A DNA stretch of 32,955 bases from a bacterium (lineage in GTDB: Bacteria; Patescibacteriota; CPR2; UBA1875; JAJYID01), in the NCBI GenBank assembly GCA_021791015.1, contig JAJYFH010000001.1:1-32955 (forward strand), in the 5' to 3' direction. The number at the start of each line of letters is the position of its first letter. Within the stretch, counting starts at the first letter, position 1. Shown one piece after another: positions 23,125 through 32,955 of the stretch. Under the pieces are notes generated by a model. It saw only the letters and a program-made list of their open reading frames with translations, was not told where the DNA came from and did not search any database. Position numbers and translations under genes: made by a program.

Positions 23125-25127
23125 TACTCATACCTCAGTGCATTTAGTGCACTAATTTTAGAAGCGCGCCTTGCCGGGTAAATACCCGTAATAATGCTCA
23201 AAAAAACAGAGAAAGCCAATACAGCGAAAAGAAACAGAGGAGGGAAAACAAAAATTTGAATTGGGCTGTTTCCTGTTGTCTTTGCCAAAGTATAAATGCT
23301 AAGGTTAAAAAATTCACCCAAGATATAACTCAAGACCACACCCGTCATGCCTCCGATAAGACCGATAAAAAGAGTGTCAAGAATAAACATTCTTTTAATA
23401 TCTCTGCGGGTCGTGCCCATGGTTTTTAATAAACCGATCTCACGAGTCTTCTCAACCAAAGAAATGGTCAAGGTGTTGAACATGCCGATACAGGATACGA
23501 CGATAGCTACCGCGCCAAAAGCTATGAGAATAACCCGGAAAATACCAAAAAATTGATTGGCCTGGTCAATCGTATCTTTGATAGAACTGACTTGAAATCC
23601 CATATGTTCAATCAAAGATTTAATACTATCAAGGTTGTTAACGGTAGTAATTTTAACTTCCGCACCGCTAAAATTCACAATTCCCATCTTTTCAAGGCTG
23701 GCAAGGGGCATATAGATATAAGGCGCATCACCTTCACTGGTTATGCCAACTATCTTAAACTGGCCGTTTTTTGACTGAAAGTTTTCCCCTGCTTTTTCCA
23801 AAAGTTCAGGACGAATAATAGCCTGTACTTTAAGGTTCTGGTTCAGCACATCGTTATCTTGATTTATGCCAAGCGCTTTCAAAGCTGCTGTGTTCACCAG
23901 AACTTCCTGGCTTTTGCCGGAAAAATAGTTGCCTGCTGTTAAGCTTGGCCTTTCGATTTCATTTAACGTTTCGCCACTTCTGCCATAGATTGCCCCGGTA
24001 ATTTTTTTGCCATGGAAACTAAAATCACCGGCTAAACTGAGTAAAGGATAAACCTTTTCCACCCCAAAAATATTAGACATTTTGTCCAGGGTCGGCTGGT
24101 CAATGCTGGTTTTCTCTGAACCTCCAACATCGACATTTAAAATCTGCAGGGCGGACATTTTCTGAACTCCTTCTGTTGTCAGCTTTTGGAAACCATAGCT
24201 AAGAGCAATTAGAAAAGAAATAAAACCGATACTTAAAGCCACACCACCAGAAGTCAGCAACGTTCTGGCCTTGTATTTTTTAAAATTTTTGAATGCAAGG
24301 TCTGCTAAGAACAGCCACTTTGTCCAGAAAGAACTTGTTCTGCCGCTTTTTCTCAACGCTTGGGGCCGCAAAACATTTTCCCTAACCCGAACTTGTTTAA
24401 CTACCCCATCCTCCATTTGAACAAACTTGCTGGCGTATCTTTCATAATCAGGATTATGGGTAACCATAATAGCTGTTTTACCGGTTTCCACATTTAGTGT
24501 CCGGAGGTCATACATAAGATCCTCAGCAGTCACTGAATCCAAGCTGCCCGTCGGCTCGTCAGCCATAATAATAAGGGGGTCGGGAACCAAGGCCCTGCCA
24601 ACAGCAAGCTTTTGTTGCTCCCCGCCGGAAAGTTCAGCCGGATTTTTTCTTGCAAATTGTTCGAATCTAAAAAGATAAAGCATATTTCGAGCCGCATCCA
24701 GCGCTTTGTTTCTTTTCAATCCAGCTATCCTTAAAGGCAATGATATGTTTTCTAACACATTGAGGGACTTTACCCAATTTGACTCTTGGTAAACCACCCC
24801 AAAGTTTGCACTGCGAAAAGCAGCTCTTTCGTCTTCATTCATGCCATACACGTCCGTTCCGGCAACTAGAACTTGCCCTTCATCCGGCCTCTCAAGACCA
24901 AGTATCGTATTTAAAAGCGTTGTTTTGCCGCAACCGGAAGGACCAATAATAATTACAAACTCGCCGGGATAAATTTCTAAATTTACGCCCTTTAAAATAT
25001 CATTTTTTCTATCACCCGAGAAAAAACTTTTTTTTACTCCTTTAATTTTAAGTAAAGGGGAAATTTCCCGGCTGTTCATATTGTCTGTCATTGATTCCTT
25101 TGAGATCAAGCCAAGATTTTTGCTCAT
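23124..25127 (-). CDS. Fused ABC ATPase + MacB/FtsX-like permease
   Basis: GPSGCGKT, LSGGEQQ, ADEPT; EKTREIGLLKTMG, YPARRAS...ALRYE; ATG overlaps the upstream stop (ATGA) with a GGAGGAG RBS. Confidence 0.92.
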   Translation of the reverse strand: MSKNLGLISKESMTDNMNSREISPLLKIKGVKKSFFSGDRKNDILKGVNLEIYPGEFVIIIGPSGCGKTTLLNTILGLERPDEGQVLVAGTDVYGMNEDERAAFRSANFGVVYQESNWVKSLNVLENISLPLRIAGLKRNKALDAARNMLYLFRFEQFARKNPAELSGGEQQKLAVGRALVPDPLIIMADEPTGSLDSVTAEDLMYDLRTLNVETGKTAIMVTHNPDYERYASKFVQMEDGVVKQVRVRENVLRPQALRKSGRTSSFWTKWLFLADLAFKNFKKYKARTLLTSGGVALSIGFISFLIALSYGFQKLTTEGVQKMSALQILNVDVGGSEKTSIDQPTLDKMSNIFGVEKVYPLLSLAGDFSFHGKKITGAIYGRSGETLNEIERPSLTAGNYFSGKSQEVLVNTAALKALGINQDNDVLNQNLKVQAIIRPELLEKAGENFQSKNGQFKIVGITSEGDAPYIYMPLASLEKMGIVNFSGAEVKITTVNNLDSIKSLIEHMGFQVSSIKDTIDQANQFFGIFRVILIAFGAVAIVVSCIGMFNTLTISLVEKTREIGLLKTMGTTRRDIKRMFILDTLFIGLIGGMTGVVLSYILGEFFNLSIYTLAKTTGNSPIQIFVFPPLFLFAVLAFSVFLSIITGIYPARRASKISALNALRYE

Positions 25128-28100
25128 TTGACTCCTCCGCCAAAAAGCCATCCTATGCTTGAAAATACCGATTTTAAAATTAAATCCAGCACTGAAGGCC
25201 GCGCCTGCCCGGTCAGAGCTGAACGTACTTCTGATTTTGCTTCATTTTGCGATGCATCTTTGGTAATAATCCTAAAATAGTAAGGAGTCGATGGTTTCAA
25301 ATGGGAAATAATGACAGCATGCGAGGTAACAAGCGACGTATCTTCCTGGGTTGCCAGATTTAAATCTTGGCCATTTCCGCCTTCTTCATATTCAACTTGA
25401 GAAGTGGCAGGTTCATCGGTAGTCCAAGAAACGATAAGCTGCGATTCAGTACTTACTCCATATCCTTCAGATGAATTTTCCGTTGTGATTTGCGAGATTG
25501 CCGGCGGCCTTGTGTCGGCTACGGTAGTAACGTCCTGGCTAACCGGACGGGCTTCGTTACCAAGCCCGTCTCTGCCCCTAACCACCACACTATAACTAGT
25601 TTTGTCTTTTAAACCCGAGAGTATCATCTCATGTTGGGTAATTAACTGGTAATCGGAAGCGGTTTGCACGGCACCTGTTGCATCCTGGTATTGTATCTGG
25701 GAAGAAGCAGGAACATTGGTGTCCCAGGAAACTTTTAAACCAGAAGATGGCTGATCTGTTACTTGTTCGAATGCAAGATTTGAAATTTTAGGAAAAGCAA
25801 GCGTTTCAAAAGAATAATCGTCAGACTGGACGAAATTACCGCTCGAGTCAGTCCCGCTTATTCTTAAATGATAAGTGCTTGAGTCTTGAAGGGCTGTCAG
25901 CTGGACGGAATGATTCATCCCTGATCCTCCGTCAGTAGAGAAACCATAATCCGTAGTTTTGCCATAATTTACGATAGAAGCCATGTCTTGCGTAGTCTGC
26001 CAGGACACAAGGGCACTATCAGCATGGATATCGCTGATTTTTAAGTTTGAAATTTCCGCTGACAGAGGGGTAGTAAAAACATAATCACCTGCATAATAGT
26101 CTTGATCGCTGTATGTTCTTTCCTGATCGAGAGATTGGATTTTATAGTGATAAGAGGCGCCAGGAATCAGACCCTTCAAAGAAACAGAGTGGTATGTAAC
26201 CGCATCCTGAGAACCTGCAATTGACCCATAACTGGTATCCGTTCCGTAATCAACCGCAGATGAAGATACTCTGTCGGTTGACCATGTTATGTTTGCGGTA
26301 GTAGCCGATGTTGTCACTGAAGGAGGAGTTACTAAAGAAGGCATGCTCGTATATTTGCCGGTCGGCGTAATCGAAACAACATTAGAAGGATCAGAGACAT
26401 TATTATAGAGACCGCCGATCGTGTCATGTTCAACCGCTTCCACCCTGTAAGAATAATTTACATTTGAACTGCCGACTATTTCTGCATAAGCTTGCTGTGT
26501 ACCATCACTGGTTACACCAACCTGATGCCACGGTCCTCCGTTGTCTGAACGTTCTATTTGATAAAAGCCTACCTGGGTTCCGCCGGCTTGCGGAGCATCC
26601 CATGTTAAAGCTGCCGCCCAGACTCCCTTTGCCCTATTCGACACATCTGAGACCTCAAGCGATTGAGGAGGATTTGGAGGATTTCCTTTAATAGAAACTT
26701 GGATATTGGCAAGTTTCTGGCTGTCACTTGCAGAAGACCCGTGAAAAATCGCTTTCCATTTAAATTTACCCGTACCGCTGCCATAATTTCCCGTAAATGA
26801 AGAGATATTTTGATTAATGACAGAAGCAGTATTTAAATATGTATTGTCGGCTGCAACCGTCCAAGCCGTTCCGTCATACCAATACCAAGTAGCTCCGTCA
26901 TCATTTGACACTTGATAATAAATTGTGCCAATGGAACCAGTACCCAGGTTTTCCTTAAAACCCATGAGCGTACTATAGTTTTGGCTTACATTTGGAATGA
27001 TTGTCGATGTAGGGTAATAATATATGTTCACCCAGTCCGAACCAGCATTCACTGTTTTTAAATTATTTTGATACCCCCCCGTATAACAGACGTTGGCGCT
27101 TGGACAGCTGATTATAAATAAATTGTGTGTTATAGGTACGCTTTGAGCGACCCATGTAGTGCCTCCATTCGTGGTCTTTAGGATAGTACCGAATTGTCCC
27201 ACAGCAAAACCGGTATTGTTGTTTATAAATTTAATATCATTAAGCCAATAAGCTGCTCCGGATGTTTGCGTGTTCCAGTTTGTTCCGCCATTTGTAGTTT
27301 GTAAAATCGTACCGGCATTCCCATCAGTATAACAAGTATTGGCATCCGTACAAGCAATACCATAAAGAGCGTTGCTTGTCCCTGATGCTTGGGTATTCCA
27401 AGTATTGCCGCCGTCGGTGGTTTTAAGTATTGTGCCAGCGTCTCCAACTACGTAACCAACATTGCTGTTGCCGGGAAAGTCAATTTCAACCATAAACGAT
27501 ATTGTGTTAAAATTTTGAGCAGTCCAGCTGGCGCCTCCATTCGTCGTTTGGAAAATAGCGCCTTTGTATGAGTTATTCTCTCCCGACGCAAAACAGACAT
27601 TAGCATCCCTGCAATACATAGAGTATATGAATCCGCTCACCGCACTAGTAGGATTCCAAGTATTACCGCCATCAGTGGTTTTAAGTATAATATTATTGCC
27701 GCCCGCATAAGCGATACTGTTATTTAAAAAATAAATACTATATAAAGCTGTTCCTGAATATTGCTGGGTCCAGTGGGCGCCTCCATCTGCGGTTTTATAA
27801 ATCTTACCAGTGCCAGAACTATCATAACCATCGATATAGCAAGTACTTGTATCAGTACAGTGAATACCAATTATATTAGCAAGTAAGGAATTATAGTTCC
27901 CTGCAGGATATGCAATCCCTCCGCTGATAGTTATCTCACTGGGATTATAAGTATAGTTTGCCGCATTATTTAAATCCCATTCATAACTGGTGGAAGCTAA
28001 CGTTCTTTGGGGAGCCATGAAAGAAAACACACTCAAAGAACTAAAGATAATACTTATAACATAAAAAGTTAGAATAGCCGCGTGAAAATGGCGGCTCAAA

Positions 28101-28258
28101 CGCCGGCTGTGCCATTTCCGGTACCAGGCCAGTTTATGAAGATACATGTGCAAAGAAAAGGTTGTATGAAACCTAAGTAAATTTAAAACCCGCAAGTTGC
28201 TAGGATTGCTCAGTTTTTGTTTATTCTCGCGCTTACGCCTGCTGATTTTAAACATCAT
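25124..28258 (-). CDS. Large surface protein: N-terminal TM helix, BNR/Ycf48-like beta-propeller, multiple Fn3 domains, amphipathic C-terminal tail
   Basis: Repeated KTTDGGxTW Asp-boxes; Fn3 patterns (W.T...SS.V.YG...H.V.L..L....YHY.I); ends SSIGWLFGGGVK. Confidence 0.85.
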   Translation of the reverse strand: MMFKISRRKRENKQKLSNPSNLRVLNLLRFHTTFSLHMYLHKLAWYRKWHSRRLSRHFHAAILTFYVISIIFSSLSVFSFMAPQRTLASTSYEWDLNNAANYTYNPSEITISGGIAYPAGNYNSLLANIIGIHCTDTSTCYIDGYDSSGTGKIYKTADGGAHWTQQYSGTALYSIYFLNNSIAYAGGNNIILKTTDGGNTWNPTSAVSGFIYSMYCRDANVCFASGENNSYKGAIFQTTNGGASWTAQNFNTISFMVEIDFPGNSNVGYVVGDAGTILKTTDGGNTWNTQASGTSNALYGIACTDANTCYTDGNAGTILQTTNGGTNWNTQTSGAAYWLNDIKFINNNTGFAVGQFGTILKTTNGGTTWVAQSVPITHNLFIISCPSANVCYTGGYQNNLKTVNAGSDWVNIYYYPTSTIIPNVSQNYSTLMGFKENLGTGSIGTIYYQVSNDDGATWYWYDGTAWTVAADNTYLNTASVINQNISSFTGNYGSGTGKFKWKAIFHGSSASDSQKLANIQVSIKGNPPNPPQSLEVSDVSNRAKGVWAAALTWDAPQAGGTQVGFYQIERSDNGGPWHQVGVTSDGTQQAYAEIVGSSNVNYSYRVEAVEHDTIGGLYNNVSDPSNVVSITPTGKYTSMPSLVTPPSVTTSATTANITWSTDRVSSSAVDYGTDTSYGSIAGSQDAVTYHSVSLKGLIPGASYHYKIQSLDQERTYSDQDYYAGDYVFTTPLSAEISNLKISDIHADSALVSWQTTQDMASIVNYGKTTDYGFSTDGGSGMNHSVQLTALQDSSTYHLRISGTDSSGNFVQSDDYSFETLAFPKISNLAFEQVTDQPSSGLKVSWDTNVPASSQIQYQDATGAVQTASDYQLITQHEMILSGLKDKTSYSVVVRGRDGLGNEARPVSQDVTTVADTRPPAISQITTENSSEGYGVSTESQLIVSWTTDEPATSQVEYEEGGNGQDLNLATQEDTSLVTSHAVIISHLKPSTPYYFRIITKDASQNEAKSEVRSALTGQARPSVLDLILKSVFSSIGWLFGGGVK

Positions 28259-28326
28259 AAAAAATTATATCACAATCATTATTTTTCCAACATTAACCAA
28301 TAAAAGAAGAGTTCTAATTTCTTTTG

Positions 28327-29526
28327 CTATTCGTATCTAAGGGCATTTAAGGCGCTGATTCTGGATGCGCGCCTCGAAGGATAGGCGCCGGTTAGGAAAC
28401 TGATTAAGATTGAAAGTAAAAGGGCAACAATAATCAGCATTGGCGGAAAAACGAAGATCTGGACCGGATTATTCCCACTAGATTTAGCCAGAGCGTAAAC
28501 ACTGGCATTTAGTGCTTCTCCCAATAAATAGCTTGCTATAAGACCGGTAATACCGCCTACCATTCCGATAAGCAGCGCTTCTGAGATGAAAATTCGGCGT
28601 ACGTCCTTTTTGGTAGTTCCCAAAGATTTCATAATACCTATTTCCCTAGTCTTTTCGATTAATGAAATAGTTAAAGTGTTAAACATGCCGATACAAGAAA
28701 CTGCTACGGCAATGAATCCAAAACCCATTAAGACAGCCCTAAAGACACTGAAAAACTGATTAACTTGGTCTACCGTATCTTTAACCGTGCTAACCTTAAA
28801 ACCCATATGCTCAATCAAGACCTTTATTTTGTCTACGTTATCTTTGCTAGTTGCTTTCACCTGAGCCGAACTGAAATTTTGGACCCCCAGATCTTTTAAA
28901 TTATCAAGTGGTACATAGACATAAGGCGAGTTACCCTCATTAAGAATTCCCACCACCCGGTAGGTAGCTTGTACTGTCTTTGCAGGCTGTCCGTTATTTA
29001 ATAAGAGTTCTGGACGAAGCACCATTGATAGATCTAACTCTCTGCCAACTAAGCCTTGAGGATTGGCAGCTCCCAACTTTTTCGCTGCCGATGTATTAAC
29101 AATAACTTCCTTGGATTTATCAGAGGAATATTTCTTGCCAAATGAAATTTTGGGGTTCTCTATACTTAGAGCGTCAGTACTTTTGCCATAAACTATCCCA
29201 TCAACTTTTGAACCCTGCAAGCTTAGGCTGCCTGCAACACTTATCATCGGATAAACTTTCTCAACCCCTAAAATATTTGAAAACTTACTTAGACTATCGT
29301 TATTTATACTAACAATTTTTGAATTTCCGGCATCTATAGTTAACATCTGAAGAGCTTGCATATTTGCAATTTGATTAGTGGAAATTTGCTGCAGGCCATA
29401 TCCCAAAGCTGTCAAAAAAGAAATAAAACCTATACTGATAGCCACTCCGCCAGCCGTCAAAAAGGTTCTCAGCTTATAGCGTGTCAGGTTCCTCAACGAT
29501 AACTTGATAATAAACCCAAGCTTCAT
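28327..29526 (-). CDS. MacB/LolE/FtsX-like ABC permease
   Basis: KLRTFLT, large extracytoplasmic domain, EKTREIGIMKSLG, YPSRRAS...ALRYE; ATG coupled to the upstream TGA. Confidence 0.92.
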   Translation of the reverse strand: MKLGFIIKLSLRNLTRYKLRTFLTAGGVAISIGFISFLTALGYGLQQISTNQIANMQALQMLTIDAGNSKIVSINNDSLSKFSNILGVEKVYPMISVAGSLSLQGSKVDGIVYGKSTDALSIENPKISFGKKYSSDKSKEVIVNTSAAKKLGAANPQGLVGRELDLSMVLRPELLLNNGQPAKTVQATYRVVGILNEGNSPYVYVPLDNLKDLGVQNFSSAQVKATSKDNVDKIKVLIEHMGFKVSTVKDTVDQVNQFFSVFRAVLMGFGFIAVAVSCIGMFNTLTISLIEKTREIGIMKSLGTTKKDVRRIFISEALLIGMVGGITGLIASYLLGEALNASVYALAKSSGNNPVQIFVFPPMLIIVALLLSILISFLTGAYPSRRASRISALNALRYE

Positions 29527-30281
29527 CAAAAGACCTCCTCGGTAAGATCCACTACATCCTCTTGCTTTACCTCCATGGGTTTCTCTCTCTGCATGATCCT
29601 TTTTATTTTTCCATCTTCCATATAAACTAGCTTAGTAGCATATCGCTCATATGCCGGATTATGTGTTACCATCACAATTGTCCTTTTCGATTCAGAGTTT
29701 AAAACTTTGAGATCATACATCAAATCTTCTGCCGTTACTGTATCTAGATTGCCGGTCGGCTCATCGGCCATGATAATCCAAGGGTTTGAAACCAGAGCGC
29801 GGCACATAGAAAGCTTTTGCTGCTGGCCGCCGGAAAGTTCCATTGGGTAATATTTGGCATAATTGTCAAACTTGAAAAGATACAAAATATTTCTGGCCCT
29901 TTTCATTGCCTCACCATGGCTTACACCTGCAATATTTAACGGGAAGGCAACGTTCTCTATGACATTCAAGGAGCGAACCCAGTTTGGCTGCTGATAGACA
30001 ACACCGAACTTTTGCCTCCTGAAAGTCGCCCTGCCGTCCTCATCCATTGTGTAGATATCCTTGCCACGCACTAAAACCTGACCTTCAGTAGGCTGCTCAA
30101 GCCCAAGGATCGTGTTCAATAGAGTGCTTTTGCCGCAACCCGAGGGACCAAGAATCACCACAAACTCACCGAAGCCCACTTTCAGATTTAATTCCTTTAG
30201 CACGGGAATTGCTTCTTTGCCAACCAGAAAACTCTTTTTGAGATTTTTTACCTCCAGTGTCGGTGTATTTAATTTTGCCAT
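29526..30281 (-). CDS. LolD/MacB-like ABC ATP-binding protein
   Basis: GPSGCGKST, LSGGQQQ, ADEPTGNLD, VTHN. Confidence 0.95.
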   Translation of the reverse strand: MAKLNTPTLEVKNLKKSFLVGKEAIPVLKELNLKVGFGEFVVILGPSGCGKSTLLNTILGLEQPTEGQVLVRGKDIYTMDEDGRATFRRQKFGVVYQQPNWVRSLNVIENVAFPLNIAGVSHGEAMKRARNILYLFKFDNYAKYYPMELSGGQQQKLSMCRALVSNPWIIMADEPTGNLDTVTAEDLMYDLKVLNSESKRTIVMVTHNPAYERYATKLVYMEDGKIKRIMQREKPMEVKQEDVVDLTEEVF

Positions 30282-30383
30282 TATCTTACCCTCGCTTCTA
30301 TTTGATTTGAAATCTATCTTAACATTTATTGTATGGAAATTGACTAGAAATTTGGAATCAGGTTAGAAATTTTATATACTTGT

Positions 30384-32954
30384 CTAGCCTCCAAAAAGCC
30401 AACCCAAAGTTGATTCAAACGACTTCAGAACAAGATCGAAAATTGATGACTGAGCCTGCTCGGTTAAAGCAGAATTTTCATCAGATTTAGCTTCATTTTT
30501 GGAAGCATCCTTGGAGACAACTCTGAAATAATATGAACTTGACGGATCAAGATCAGAGATGACCACCACATGAGAAGTGGCAAGTGAATCATCCTCTTTG
30601 GTTGACATACCGTAAGTGTCACCGGATACTCCTTTGGCATACTCAACCTGGGAAGTAGCCGGTTCGTCAGTATTCCAAGAAACAATGATTTGGGACTTAG
30701 CTTCGGTCCCGAAACCACTGATAGAGGTTTCGGTGGTAATGCCGGAGATAACAGGAGGGGTGGTATCAAATGCAGTTTTGTATGCCTGGCTGTTAGGTAC
30801 CGCTTCATTGCCGTAAGCATCTCTGCCGGTAACAGAAATTGTATAGTTGGAGTTATCGGCCAGATGGGGCGTGATAATCTCATGCTGCAAGACTAAATCT
30901 GCCTTTGAAACCTCCTGAGAACCGCCCGGACCATTGTAAACAACCGTGGAAGTTGTGGGAACATTGGAATCCCAAGTTACTTTCAGCCCGGCATTGTTAC
31001 CACTTAGCTCCTCGTACTTAATGTTTGAAATCTTCGGAAAAGTTAAGGTGTCAAAGCTATAATCATCCGATTGCATAACATTGCCGTCTGTGTCGGTGCC
31101 GTAGATTTTGAAATGATAGGTTGAGGAATCCTGAAGATTTGGAATTCTAACTGTATGAGTGGTCACAGCCGAACCGGAAGAATCAGTAAGTTCGCTGCCA
31201 TAGGAGCTGGTCTTGCCATATTTGATAGTTGAAATCGACGAGGAAGTAGTTTTCCAGCTGACAATAGCACTCGAAAGGGTGATATCTGAAATTTTTACAT
31301 CACTAATTCCCGGGGCCGGCTGAGTTGAGAAAGTTTGGTCGCCCGAATACGCTAAGCTATCGTCATAATCCTTGAGGTCGGAAGGATCAAGAGATTGGAC
31401 ACGATAATGATAGACTGTACCAGGATCCAAACCATAGAGAGTGACAGAATGCGAGGTAGCAGTTTGAAGCGAACTGTTTTGGAGACCGTAGCTTGAATCT
31501 TTGCCGTATTCTACCATAGAATAAGAGCTTCTATCTGTTGACCATGTAATAGTCGCTGATGTAGCCGTGGCTGTGGCGCCCGGACCGCTAACCATGGTAG
31601 GCGGAGTAATATATTTACCGGTCGGCGTCAGAGAGGCCACGCTTGAAAGAGGCGATTCAGCTCCGGCATTGTCAACGGCAGAAACTCTGTAATAGTAAGT
31701 GGTGCCTTTGGTGAGGTCTGCCTCCGCATAAGCCGGCGTTGATGCCGTACCGACCGGAGCCAGAGCCTGCCACTGGGCATCAGTCAGGTTGGATGCAGTT
31801 GTTTCTCGAATGATGTAATGGCCGAAAGTATTTGCGTCATAGTTATCCGGTGCCTTCCAAGCCAGAGCCAAGCCAAACTCGGGCTTTCGAAGGTCAGAAA
31901 CATCCGAGATGGTTACGGTCTGAGGGGCATGTGGAGCGGTGGCTGTGGTATTTACTTCAAATTGAATCAAACTGTAGTTAGAATAGTTCACCCTAGCCGG
32001 ATTGGAACTATCATAAGCTACCACATAGAAAGTATTGACCCCCTGCTTGGTGGCGGCATGGATAACCCCGGTAGTATTGCCGGTCGGCTGGCTACCGGTG
32101 ACCTGGGTGACTGAACCGGGAAGAGGAAGGGTATTTACGGAGTAGTAGTATCCGGCAATGGGAGAGTTGGTTACGCCGTTCACAGGCGGAGCATCCCAGG
32201 TGAAAGTAAAGTTGTTTTCCGTCTTTGACTGGGCATCCACCTGAAGATTAGGCGGAGCGCCGGGAGCGTTGGTGGTGTAGTAGTAGTTAATTGTTTTGGG
32301 AGCGGAGACATTGCCCGCTTTATCCACCGCTTCGACGCTGAAGGTATTTTGGCCTTCCTGACCCACGATGCCGGTTGCCGGAGAAGACGCGATTGTCGTC
32401 CATGTGTCACCGGCGTATTTTTGGTAAATGTAGTGGTCGATACCGGAGTCGGCGTCGGTTGCCCCCGACCAGTTGACGGTAACCGGATTGGCTGAGTACT
32501 CCAGGGTATTTACGCTGATGGATAAGGGGGCGGTGGGAGCAACGTTGTCATATTTGTAAGTTAGAAGGGTAACAGGCGCCGCCACGTTGCCGGCATTATC
32601 CACCGCAGAGATGCGCAGATAATATGTCTGGCCATCTGTGAGTCCTGAGGCTACGAGATAATTGTTGGTGGTAGCATCGGAAGATGTCGGGGTATAGTTC
32701 GGGTCCGTGGTTAGCTTGGCGTAATATTCCCAGACACCGGAAGCGTCGGGGTTGCCGGTATCGGCCGGTGCGGTCCAGGCAAACTTCGGCGCCGCGTAGT
32801 TATGCCAGAGCTGGGTGGGATCATATGCCCAGGTAGCGCTGGGAGTGGAAGTATAGATTTGGCCGCCGGAAACTGCTGCCGCCAGTTTGGTGCCGTCGGC
32901 GGAAGAGGCGATTGCATACCAACTTTGACTTGTAGCTCTAGGTGTCCAGGTGAC
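30384..32954 (-). CDS. Large Fn3-repeat surface protein, 5' end outside the window
   Basis: I translated the frame beyond 32603 and it stays open to the window end (WYAIASSADGTKLAAAVSGGQIYTS propeller-like blade); the C-terminal half is paralogous to 25124-28258; ends STLGWLFGG. Confidence 0.88.
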   Translation of the reverse strand, partial: VTWTPRATSQSWYAIASSADGTKLAAAVSGGQIYTSTPSATWAYDPTQLWHNYAAPKFAWTAPADTGNPDASGVWEYYAKLTTDPNYTPTSSDATTNNYLVASGLTDGQTYYLRISAVDNAGNVAAPVTLLTYKYDNVAPTAPLSISVNTLEYSANPVTVNWSGATDADSGIDHYIYQKYAGDTWTTIASSPATGIVGQEGQNTFSVEAVDKAGNVSAPKTINYYYTTNAPGAPPNLQVDAQSKTENNFTFTWDAPPVNGVTNSPIAGYYYSVNTLPLPGSVTQVTGSQPTGNTTGVIHAATKQGVNTFYVVAYDSSNPARVNYSNYSLIQFEVNTTATAPHAPQTVTISDVSDLRKPEFGLALAWKAPDNYDANTFGHYIIRETTASNLTDAQWQALAPVGTASTPAYAEADLTKGTTYYYRVSAVDNAGAESPLSSVASLTPTGKYITPPTMVSGPGATATATSATITWSTDRSSYSMVEYGKDSSYGLQNSSLQTATSHSVTLYGLDPGTVYHYRVQSLDPSDLKDYDDSLAYSGDQTFSTQPAPGISDVKISDITLSSAIVSWKTTSSSISTIKYGKTSSYGSELTDSSGSAVTTHTVRIPNLQDSSTYHFKIYGTDTDGNVMQSDDYSFDTLTFPKISNIKYEELSGNNAGLKVTWDSNVPTTSTVVYNGPGGSQEVSKADLVLQHEIITPHLADNSNYTISVTGRDAYGNEAVPNSQAYKTAFDTTPPVISGITTETSISGFGTEAKSQIIVSWNTDEPATSQVEYAKGVSGDTYGMSTKEDDSLATSHVVVISDLDPSSSYYFRVVSKDASKNEAKSDENSALTEQAQSSIFDLVLKSFESTLGWLFGG

Positions 32955-32955
32955 G

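Noticed and set aside
27140..27800. Repeated KTTDGG/NGG-TW units as a diversity-generating retroelement template/variable pair
   Set aside because: These are protein-level propeller repeats with synonymous divergence; I saw no adenine-specific pattern and there is no reverse transcriptase in the window.

Overview
A 33 kb bacterial window, probably from a Patescibacteria (CPR) genome. That assignment is inferred from the DUF5667/DUF5659-like proteins, the many leaderless-type promoters and the giant Fn3 surface proteins. The left part (1-11.2 kb) holds accessory transport, membrane and regulator genes separated by palindromic REP-like repeats. The centre (11.3-18.8 kb) is an AT-rich integrative element bounded by 39-bp direct repeats. 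It carries a large serine recombinase, two HEPN-motif proteins and two predicted structured leader RNAs. A 0.7-kb single-gene segment follows it and ends at the 3' CCCCA of tRNA-His. The geometry suggests tandem, integron-like accretion of cassettes at the tRNA 3' end, with the recombinase C-terminus depending on the integration state. Next come a tRNA-Gly/Arg(UCG)/His cluster interrupted by an HNH gene, then cca and DUF763/DUF1003/DUF1653 genes. The right part (23-33 kb) has two paralogous modules, each a giant beta-propeller/Fn3 surface protein ending in a conserved amphipathic 'GWLFGG' tail and followed by a MacB/LolCDE-like ABC transporter. These are a candidate dedicated surface-protein sorting system. 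All product calls come from motif recognition by eye; no database searches were run.
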